Positions 9,606 through 17,371 of a DNA stretch of 64,000 bases are shown one piece after another. The stretch spans positions 1,312,001-1,376,000 of the forward strand of contig CAXXTH010000017.1 in NCBI GenBank assembly GCA_963668025.2. Reading direction: 5' to 3'. The stretch comes from Candidatus Hydrogenedentota bacterium. Lineage in GTDB: Bacteria > Hydrogenedentota > Hydrogenedentia > Hydrogenedentales > SLHB01. The notes beneath the pieces were generated by a model. It ran no database searches and had not been told where the DNA came from. It was given only the letters and a program-made list of their open reading frames with translations. The stretch's first letter is position 1. Every line of letters starts with the position of its first letter. The translations under genes and the position numbers were made by a program.

Positions 9606-11180
9606 TTAGTGGGCTGAAGTGTCTGTATCTGTCCTGAAAGGCAGTGCGGGAAGGCCTTCCTTATTCATGAGATTGGGTTGCGCAAGTTTATCCCAAGCAA
9701 ACCGGACGGCGACTGGTTTAGAAATGGTGTCACTCCACACGATGACTTTTTCCTTTTCAATCACCGCCTGGGCTGGAACGAACTGCTTGTCCACACCGGC
9801 AATGGTGAACCAATTTAACGGCTGGCCATCCCGTGACGCGAGGCCGCTGCCGGTATGCTCAAACGAGAGTTGAACTTTGTTCTTTTTTATCTTCATGGAT
9901 TTATACATGGGTCCTGAATAGACAATGTCTTTTTTACCATATGTTTTTGCCAGCGCACAGAGAGCGAGGCGTTTGCCGACATCCCGCTTGTTGGCGGGGT
10001 GGACATTGTCGAGTTCGCCGAGATCAAGCGTTCCCGCGATGCCCGTATTGGGGATGGATAAAGCGTCGATTTGCGCTTCCCATATGGTGGGGACATCCTC
10101 GCCGTACAAGGCGCATGGGGTGATTTGTACGTAGTAGAAAGGAAAAGAGCCTTCATCCCATAAGGTCCGCCAGCCGCCGATGAGCGCCTTCATTTTATCG
10201 GTATAATTCAGATCTCCCACATTGGATTCCCCCTGGTACCAAATCGCCCCACGAATGGCGTACGGGACGAGCGGCTGGATCATGGCGTTGTATAAACACG
10301 TCATGGCGGTGGGGGGGAATGCTGTAAAGGCCTCCGTATCTAGAGGATGCCGCGGCCATTGGGGGCGAGGCGGTATAGGGGCCCCGCTTTGGATGGCGCT
10401 TTTGCAGGCGTTTACCCAGGTTTCAATCTCATCCAGTTTAGGCGTCAACTCATTGCGGTATTGGCTGGCGGTCTTATCGAGCGATTCCGTGAGCTCTTTC
10501 AATTCAGGGACTTGGGCGAATCCCACGGGAGGGGTCCAGGTCTCGATGCGGGTGCCTCCCCAGGCGGATTGAATCAAGCCCACGGGGGTGTTCAGTTCGC
10601 GATGAAGCTTTTCTCCAAAGTAATACGCCGCGCCAGAAAAGCTGCTCCAATCTCCGATTCCCAGCGTTTCGGGGCTGCACACCATCCATTCGCCGGTGCA
10701 ATCATACTGCGGCTCCCCGTTCGCGGTGAGCTTTGCTTTGAATAGCCTAAGGCTGGGATAATCGGCCTTGGCGATATCTTCTTTCGCGTTACCGCACGTT
10801 GCAATGCCCATTTGCATATTGGATTGGCCGGAACAGAGCCAAACTTCTCCTACGAGCACATTGTCGAAAACGATAGTATTATTGCCAGCCACTTCGAGCG
10901 TGGATGGCGTGTCCGCCGCTGCCTGGGGAGGCAGTTTAGCCATCCATTCCCCTTTTGCATTCGCGGTTGTTTTCATTTTGGCATCGCCGAATGTGATGGT
11001 GATTTCTTCACCCGGAGACGCCCAGCCCCACACTGGCGCGGGGACGCCGCATTGCAGCACCATGTTGCTTCCGAAGATATGAGGCAGCCGGACATCAGCA
11101 ACTGCATGATAAGTGGTTAATGCGGGCAGGAGCATGCACAGCAGCATACGGAACAGAGAGCTGTTGGCTTGGCGAGGCAT
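9606..11180 (-). CDS. sialate O-acetylesterase family (SASA/DUF303) SGNH esterase
   Basis: GEVWLCSGQSNM, WGGTRIETW, WYQGESN, DNVHP catalytic motif, signal peptide. Confidence 0.92.
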   Translation of the reverse strand: MPRQANSSLFRMLLCMLLPALTTYHAVADVRLPHIFGSNMVLQCGVPAPVWGWASPGEEITITFGDAKMKTTANAKGEWMAKLPPQAAADTPSTLEVAGNNTIVFDNVLVGEVWLCSGQSNMQMGIATCGNAKEDIAKADYPSLRLFKAKLTANGEPQYDCTGEWMVCSPETLGIGDWSSFSGAAYYFGEKLHRELNTPVGLIQSAWGGTRIETWTPPVGFAQVPELKELTESLDKTASQYRNELTPKLDEIETWVNACKSAIQSGAPIPPRPQWPRHPLDTEAFTAFPPTAMTCLYNAMIQPLVPYAIRGAIWYQGESNVGDLNYTDKMKALIGGWRTLWDEGSFPFYYVQITPCALYGEDVPTIWEAQIDALSIPNTGIAGTLDLGELDNVHPANKRDVGKRLALCALAKTYGKKDIVYSGPMYKSMKIKKNKVQLSFEHTGSGLASRDGQPLNWFTIAGVDKQFVPAQAVIEKEKVIVWSDTISKPVAVRFAWDKLAQPNLMNKEGLPALPFRTDTDTSAH

Positions 11181-11226
11181 GGCGCGTTCTCCTTTGTTGT
11201 CGCATATGGCCTTATGAAAGTGTATG

Positions 11227-12612
11227 TCAAGATGGGGCCAGCGTATTGGTTGCTGGGCTCCAAGACCATGACGTTGTTTCGGATGATTGTGAACCGCGAA
11301 GATGGTTTACGAGCTGAATGGTCGCTTCCACCATGCATTGCCCGCTTCGAGGGTCAAAAATGGAACTGCATGCTTCATAACTATTGCGCCGGACGGCGTC
11401 TTCAGTCACGATGTAGCCCTGGAATTCGCCATTTGCCATAGAGATGACAAACACATCCTCATGCGCCTTTTTCACCTGAAGCGCGTATTCGACAAATACC
11501 TCGCCCGGCCATGCGACAAAAATCCACGGCCCTAGTTTCATTGCTTGCACTTCGCAGGGTAGGGTTGACTTGTAAACGGACTCTACACGGCCGTCCTGTG
11601 CTGCTTGGGCGAGTGTCAGGGTCTCCTCCGTGCCGAACCAGTCGCATTCCGCCGTGCGGACGTCTTCGGGACGGCTGCCATTTTGCCTGAGCCGTTCGAG
11701 CTTCTCTTTTGCTTGTTGCACCCTTTCGGACGCCTCCGCCACCGTCGGCAAATCTCTGCGGATGAGGTCGATATAGGCTTGCGAAAAGGTGATGGATATA
11801 TCATTAACATACTGAATGGAGGGAATGGCGGCTCGAATGGCATGGCCAACCTCGCGCCCGAGTTTCCGGGCCGCCACGAAATCGTTGGAGCGGATCAAAT
11901 AGCGCGGGCTCTGATTTCCCGCTGGGCCCGTATGATACAGAATAGGACAATCCTCACCTAATACGGTATCATGCAAATACTGGCGGGCCATTCCTGGGAA
12001 ATCGGCGCTTATCAGAGTGGAGTCTTCATGCAATGCCGTGGGATGAAGCGAATAGGCCGCCATGCAGGCGATGAAACCGCCGCTTTGGACCTCTCGCGCA
12101 ACCAATACCGGGATAGCCGGATCGCTGGGGCCAGTGGGATTATGCCGGTTCGTTTGGCTATGCGGAGCGGCAGCCACGGTTAATCCGATCTCGGCTGGCC
12201 GGGCGGACGCCTGCGCCTTTACCGCGCATTCAACCACCTGGTCTTCAAAGAATTTAAGATATTCCACATCGGCTGGCGGGACCACCGGGTCCGTGGAACA
12301 GCTTATTACATCGACGGTCACGGGGCCGGAATGCGTATGCGTCGCCGATATCATGATATGGGAGCCAGGTATTCCTGTCTTCGCGGTTATCCGGGCGCGT
12401 ATGCGGGCGCAGATTTCTTTTGAAACATAAATCAGATCATTCGCGATGATGACGGCTTCATTCCCGCCATCACACAAATATAGGGAAGCGGATAATAGGG
12501 GATCATGGATCCCTGTGCTGTATCTTGGCTCGTGCGGATAACCATACAGAAATTGGGAATCTCGTGGAGATATGTCAATAGACGCTGCTCCAGCTAAGAG
12601 GTTTGCTGCCAT
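11227..12612 (-). CDS. neutral/alkaline ceramidase N-terminal-domain family amidohydrolase (copy A)
   Basis: GIHDPL, SATHTHSGP, HPT, SADFPG, GPAGNQSP, PGEVF motifs. Confidence 0.8.
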   Translation of the reverse strand: MAANLLAGAASIDISPRDSQFLYGYPHEPRYSTGIHDPLLSASLYLCDGGNEAVIIANDLIYVSKEICARIRARITAKTGIPGSHIMISATHTHSGPVTVDVISCSTDPVVPPADVEYLKFFEDQVVECAVKAQASARPAEIGLTVAAAPHSQTNRHNPTGPSDPAIPVLVAREVQSGGFIACMAAYSLHPTALHEDSTLISADFPGMARQYLHDTVLGEDCPILYHTGPAGNQSPRYLIRSNDFVAARKLGREVGHAIRAAIPSIQYVNDISITFSQAYIDLIRRDLPTVAEASERVQQAKEKLERLRQNGSRPEDVRTAECDWFGTEETLTLAQAAQDGRVESVYKSTLPCEVQAMKLGPWIFVAWPGEVFVEYALQVKKAHEDVFVISMANGEFQGYIVTEDAVRRNSYEACSSIFDPRSGQCMVEATIQLVNHLRGSQSSETTSWSWSPATNTLAPS

Positions 12613-12730
12613 TACATTCTACTCCTTGGACTTGCGGTTTTCCCTCTCGCCACTACATGAAGCGGGCAAGGACGCTATTGGGGAGGGCTTCAATTTTTTC
12701 GAATATGATGTATTTCGACTCAATATAACA

Positions 12731-12760
12731 ACTGTACACTTAAATTTTCTGTGATTTCAA
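12731..12760 (-). promoter_or_regulatory. promoter of the leftward operon of cassette A
   Basis: Minus-strand TTGAAA-18-TACAGT with TG upstream of the -10; same position as the 36677-36705 promoter in cassette B. Confidence 0.5.
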
Positions 12761-12949
12761 GTGAAAAAATGAAAGCCTAATGCAGCGCTGCTTTGTGAAT
12801 GCGGAAGGCTCTTTGTTGGCGCTTCCCCGCGCTGGCGGGAAAAGCGGACTCCATTAAAGGGGGATTTGGTCTTTTAAAATAACGCAAACGGATTCATTTC
12901 TGTTGTTTCGGACGAGTGAGAAGCGGCGTGAAAGTCTCACAAAAGGGTC

Positions 12950-12979
12950 TTGACAAATCATGTTAATCTGTGTTATTTT
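12950..12979 (+). promoter_or_regulatory. promoter/operator of deoR-A operon
   Basis: TTGACA-18-TATTTT with TGTTAATCTGTG in the spacer; related to the promoters at 30771 and 36905. Confidence 0.6.
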
Positions 12980-13015
12980 TAGTTTATATTAAACAAGCGT
13001 GATGGAATTCATGAT

Positions 13016-13846
13016 ATGGCTGATATAAACAGTTCTGAACGCTTAAATCGGATTCGGGCGCTGCTCGGTGGCCGGGAGTCCGTTTCCGTGGGGGAATTGG
13101 CTCAAAGTCTTGATGTGAGCGAGATGACTATCCGCCGGGATGTGGCGGAACTCGAGCGCGCCGGATTCGTGCAGCGCATACACGGAGCGGTCATCGCGAC
13201 GGAGCGGCTTTCGTTCGAGATCAATTTCCATCAACGCCGTATGACCCGGCGCGAGCAGAAGCAGGCTATTGCCGCAACCGCTGCTCGTTTGGTGGAACCC
13301 GGCAGCCGCTTATTTGTGGATGCAGGCTCCACTACGCTTCGGTTCGTGTTCTGTATTAAAGATATCCCCAATCTTGTCGTGGTGACGACTAGCCTTGCGG
13401 TCGCCTCGGCCCTTCAATATACCGAATCCATCGAGACGATTCTGCTGGGGGGCACCTTGCGGCGGGGCCGTCCTGATCTGGGGGGCGGGTTTACGGAAGA
13501 TATGCTGGAGATGTTTTCCGCTGATTTTACGTTTCAAGGCGCCGACGGAATTGATCTGGAAGGATATGTCTACAACTCCAATGTCCAATCCGCGCGTGTA
13601 AGCCAAAAAATGCGCCAGAAAGCGGAGCGCTCCTATATCCTTGCGGATAGTTCCAAGATTGGAAGAACGGACCTGATTCGGTTCGGCAATCTTAAACATG
13701 GCAGCGGGCTTATCACGGATGATGAAATCAAACCCGCGCATCTGATGGCGTTTCGCGATTTTCTGGATATCAATGTGACCATTGCTTCGCCCACGCCTGG
13801 GATAAGCTCCCGGGCGGCGAATGATGACGCTGAAAATGGCCCATGA
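13016..13846 (+). CDS. DeoR/GlpR family transcriptional regulator (copy A)
   Basis: HTH LDVSEMTIRRD, sensor domain DAGSTT, LADSSKIG. Confidence 0.95.
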   Translation: MADINSSERLNRIRALLGGRESVSVGELAQSLDVSEMTIRRDVAELERAGFVQRIHGAVIATERLSFEINFHQRRMTRREQKQAIAATAARLVEPGSRLFVDAGSTTLRFVFCIKDIPNLVVVTTSLAVASALQYTESIETILLGGTLRRGRPDLGGGFTEDMLEMFSADFTFQGADGIDLEGYVYNSNVQSARVSQKMRQKAERSYILADSSKIGRTDLIRFGNLKHGSGLITDDEIKPAHLMAFRDFLDINVTIASPTPGISSRAANDDAENGP

Positions 13847-13994
13847 TCTGAGCCAGCAAGGCCGCGTCAGGAAGAAGCGTATGCCTTCGAGGGGGTAGAG
13901 CGCCCCATTAGGAAAGAAGCAGTTTCCCATTTTATGCAAGCTGGGTGTTGGCTATGCCTTCATAGTGGTTTCGGCACGGGAAGGAATATTACTG

Positions 13995-16016
13995 ATGGCG
14001 ACGGTTCAAGAGAGAATTCGGGCGATCCCCAATCGAGAGCAATTGGACACGTTCTTGCGTCCGATGAGTCTGGCTGAAGCTCCGATGAGGCAGCAAAGAT
14101 GCCATTCTTGCGTTTTGGGGATGGCTTGCCTTTTGTGTTTGGCCATTTCGATGAATGCTCGAGCGGAGGGCCCGAATCCAATCAAGGCCACGCTGGACTG
14201 CGGCCAACAGGCCAGCCATCAAGCCTCCGCGCTGCTTCTTGGGCATAACATCGAGACGGGTCTCGACACGGTGCCTGGGCTGTTATCGGACCGCCTCGAT
14301 AACCCTAAGTTTCTTGGGCCTGCGGATAGCATAACTGGAATTGCGCCTGGCTGGCGGCACAACAGCGATAACATGAACGAAGTCCGTTGTGAGTTGACTC
14401 CTGGATCGGGCATGTCAGGGAATTCCGCGCAGTTGATTCAAAACTTCAACGCAGAGCAAGCGTTTGGGATTCTCCAGAATAACCGGAAGATACGCGCGGG
14501 AGAGACCTACGAGGTCGAGATCTGGGCGCGGGCTTGGAACCATCCCGTAACGTTGTGCGTAGGGCTTCTACCGCCAGCCGCTACGCTTCCCCCGTATTCC
14601 GAAGCCCAGGTGGAAGTAGATGCATCATACTTTAAACAGTATCAGGTGTCGCTAACTTCTCCCGTGGACACGGATGAGGCTGCTTTTTCTTGCGCGCTCA
14701 AGGGGCAAGGAGCGGTTTGGATTGACCAGATCCACCTGCGTAAATCTGGCGAGGGATTGCTCTGCAAAGAGCTTATCGAAAAATTTGACTCGCTAGATAT
14801 CCCGGTCTTGCGGTTTCCTGGCGGTGTGGTGACAACCGCTTACCGGTGGCGTTTCGGGACAGGGCCCGTCGAGCTGCGGCCTTCCATGCCGGATCCGGTC
14901 TGTAAAAAACAAATGGATTATGACTTTGGAACGGATGAATTTCTGGAACTCTGCCACCAGCAAAACATTTTGCCATACATTACCGTGAACGTGGGCTTTG
15001 GAACGCCTCAAGAAGCCGGAGAGTGGGCAGCCTACTGTACGGAATGGTATACAAAGCGAAACGCCCCGGTTCCCACGATCTATTTTCAAATCGCAAACCA
15101 CCCCTATCTTACGGTCGAATTCACCAATATGACGCCGGACATGTATGTGCAGACTTTGCGGGTATATGCCGCCGAGATACGGAAAAACTGCCCCACGGCG
15201 CGCATCGTCGCGGTGACTGATCCTGCGAAAACAGAATGGCACAAGGCCGTGCTTGCCGCAGCGGCGGATGCCTATGATGTGCTGGCGCTCCAAGGGTACT
15301 CCTGCCAGCCTACGCAGCTCGCGTACAAGATCTCCAACGTACCAAGTACGATGTCCGACGAAACCAGCATGGAAAATGTGGCCCAGGGTGTGGATGCGTT
15401 GAGCGGCATTCTCGCGGGCGCAATCGAGGACTGCAAACAGCAGCGGCCCTCGACTCGAGTCGGGTTGGTGGAGTGGAATCTGTGGGCGGTTGCCTCCCAT
15501 CGGGATGGCAAGAACTTCACTGAGCCATACGATGTGCAGCATGGCCTCTTCGTGGGCTCGATGATTCACGAGTTTGTTCGTCTTGCGCCCGAACTGGAGC
15601 TTGCGAATTTCTATTCGCTGCTCAATCCCATGGGCATGTTTATCCACCGGGGGCCTGAAGTAATCGAGACGTGCCTGGCCGAAGTCTTTAGGGCCTACCG
15701 GCCAGCTTTTCCGGGAGATGTCTTGCCGGTGCGGTTGGAATCGCCTCAGATGGGGAAATCCCTGGTGCTCGATAGTGTGCTTCTTGAAAATGCTGGCGGC
15801 ATGTGGCTCTTCGTTGTGAACCGGCATGCTTCGTCCCCAGTGGAACTCGATGTGACGGGCCTTGCGCTAGCCGGTGCGGAGGTTTACTCATTGGTTGGGC
15901 AAAGTGCGGAAGGGGAATTTGAGCGCGTCGAGGCGGCTGGCGCAGGGAATCAACTCATTTTGCCTCCGCTATCCATCACGAGGGTGCATGTTCCCGCTTC
16001 AAATAGCGGCATGTAA
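13995..16016 (+). CDS. GH51 alpha-L-arabinofuranosidase-like protein with CBM-like insert; acid/base Glu replaced by His (start uncertain)
   Basis: LRFPGG, YRWRFGTGP, FGTDEFLELC, EWNLW nucleophile, FVVNRH C-terminal domain. FQIANH stands where GH51 has W-x-IGNE. Confidence 0.8.
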   Translation: MATVQERIRAIPNREQLDTFLRPMSLAEAPMRQQRCHSCVLGMACLLCLAISMNARAEGPNPIKATLDCGQQASHQASALLLGHNIETGLDTVPGLLSDRLDNPKFLGPADSITGIAPGWRHNSDNMNEVRCELTPGSGMSGNSAQLIQNFNAEQAFGILQNNRKIRAGETYEVEIWARAWNHPVTLCVGLLPPAATLPPYSEAQVEVDASYFKQYQVSLTSPVDTDEAAFSCALKGQGAVWIDQIHLRKSGEGLLCKELIEKFDSLDIPVLRFPGGVVTTAYRWRFGTGPVELRPSMPDPVCKKQMDYDFGTDEFLELCHQQNILPYITVNVGFGTPQEAGEWAAYCTEWYTKRNAPVPTIYFQIANHPYLTVEFTNMTPDMYVQTLRVYAAEIRKNCPTARIVAVTDPAKTEWHKAVLAAAADAYDVLALQGYSCQPTQLAYKISNVPSTMSDETSMENVAQGVDALSGILAGAIEDCKQQRPSTRVGLVEWNLWAVASHRDGKNFTEPYDVQHGLFVGSMIHEFVRLAPELELANFYSLLNPMGMFIHRGPEVIETCLAEVFRAYRPAFPGDVLPVRLESPQMGKSLVLDSVLLENAGGMWLFVVNRHASSPVELDVTGLALAGAEVYSLVGQSAEGEFERVEAAGAGNQLILPPLSITRVHVPASNSGM

Positions 16017-16173
16017 GTTGAAACGGTCTTGAGATTGCGGAGGTGATGCAAAGGGATGAGCGCGGCTTCACACGGGGAGGAAGGTAAAAATCCATTTTTT
16101 TAGGCATTTACGGCAGTTTGTTTGGATAAATTTAGAATCATACAGAAACCATACAACGATGGAGGAAGGTACT

Positions 16174-17256
16174 ATGCACAGGAGAGGATTCACATTAATT
16201 GAGCTGTTGGTTGTGATTGCCATCATCGCGATACTTGCGGCAATCCTGCTGCCGGCTTTGGCGCGGGCTCGTGAGGCGGCGCGCCGCGCTTCTTGCGCGA
16301 GCAATCTGAAGCAGTTTGGTATTATTTTCAAGATGTATTCCAATGAGAATAAGAGCAAGTTCCCGCCGATGGCGACGAAGTCGCGGCTGGATGTCAATTC
16401 GGGCATCTTCGGATACATGCTGGGTTTCGATGGCGCGGAGTTGTATCCCGATTATTGGAATGATCCCTCGATCGTACGCTGCCCTTCGGATGCGTCAGGC
16501 GATTATGTCGGCAAAGATGTGTTCAAGATGGAATCCGATTATAACGCGATGATTGACAGGGTGGCTAAATCGACTACAGGCACTGCGGACGCGAAAAAGC
16601 TTTGCTTGGAATCCCTTCTGTCGGTTCCGATTTCTTATTGCTATAGCGGTTTCTTGGCGATGACCGAGTCCCAAATCGCGGATTATGCCTGGTCAAAAGC
16701 GAACTTCTGGTATCCGCCATATACCAAGAATATTATGGGAACCACTTCTTGCGTGTTTTCGAATGTGGATGTATCCGCTGTGGATTCGTCAGCGTGCGGC
16801 TTAAAGGTCTACACCTGTTCTTGCACGCTGCCGGACACATTGAAGTCGCTGTATAAGCCTCTTGGATTTAAAGACAACGACGGCGTGACCAATCTTCCCG
16901 ATAGTTATTATGCGCTCAAGGAAGGCGTCGAGCGTTTCATGATCACCGACATCAACAATCCCGCCGCTGGATCAAATGGCCAAAGCACCATGCCGGTCAT
17001 GTGGGATGCCTATGTGAACAACGCCACGCTGGCGGGAGCCAGCGATGCGGGTGTCGCGCGCTTCAATCACGTGCCGAGCGGTTCCAATGTGCTATACATG
17101 GATGGCCATGTGAGTTTTGTCCGGTTGAATGCCGCATCGCCGATTGGCTCGGAATTCTCAAATAAGTCCATAGCGGGAAGCACATCTGGAACCGGCCAGA
17201 TTGGCAACCAATCGTATTGGCAATGGACGCTGTCCTATATGGGCGGCATGGGTTGA
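16174..17256 (+). CDS. DUF1559 prepilin-type N-terminal cleavage/methylation protein (copy A)
   Basis: RRG|[13 protein letters not shown] class III signal, [17 protein letters not shown]-terminal [17 protein letters not shown] (H-X9-DG-like motif with a 10-residue spacer). Confidence 0.95.
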   Translation: MHRRGFTLIELLVVIAIIAILAAILLPALARAREAARRASCASNLKQFGIIFKMYSNENKSKFPPMATKSRLDVNSGIFGYMLGFDGAELYPDYWNDPSIVRCPSDASGDYVGKDVFKMESDYNAMIDRVAKSTTGTADAKKLCLESLLSVPISYCYSGFLAMTESQIADYAWSKANFWYPPYTKNIMGTTSCVFSNVDVSAVDSSACGLKVYTCSCTLPDTLKSLYKPLGFKDNDGVTNLPDSYYALKEGVERFMITDINNPAAGSNGQSTMPVMWDAYVNNATLAGASDAGVARFNHVPSGSNVLYMDGHVSFVRLNAASPIGSEFSNKSIAGSTSGTGQIGNQSYWQWTLSYMGGMG

Positions 17257-17298
17257 CATATATAAAAGTCCTATAGTGTAAAAATGTCCATCATGCAG

Positions 17299-17340
17299 GG
17301 GCTGGCCGTTCAAATTGTTGCCCACGAGAACGGCCAGCCC
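17299..17340 (+). terminator. strong hairpin 3' of DUF1559-A (no U-tract; stabiliser or attenuator)
   Basis: 13-bp perfect stem GGGCTGGCCGTTC/GAACGGCCAGCCC. Confidence 0.55.
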
Positions 17341-17371
17341 AAGCGTACATGAAAGAGGGCAAGAGTGGGAT

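Noticed and set aside
14793-15827. 344-aa antisense ORF (similar long ORFs at 21711-22754, 28486-29403, 51636-52670, 58774-59562)
   Set aside because: They overlap well-supported genes on the opposite strand or in another frame, have no motifs, and are typical shadows of GC-rich coding DNA.
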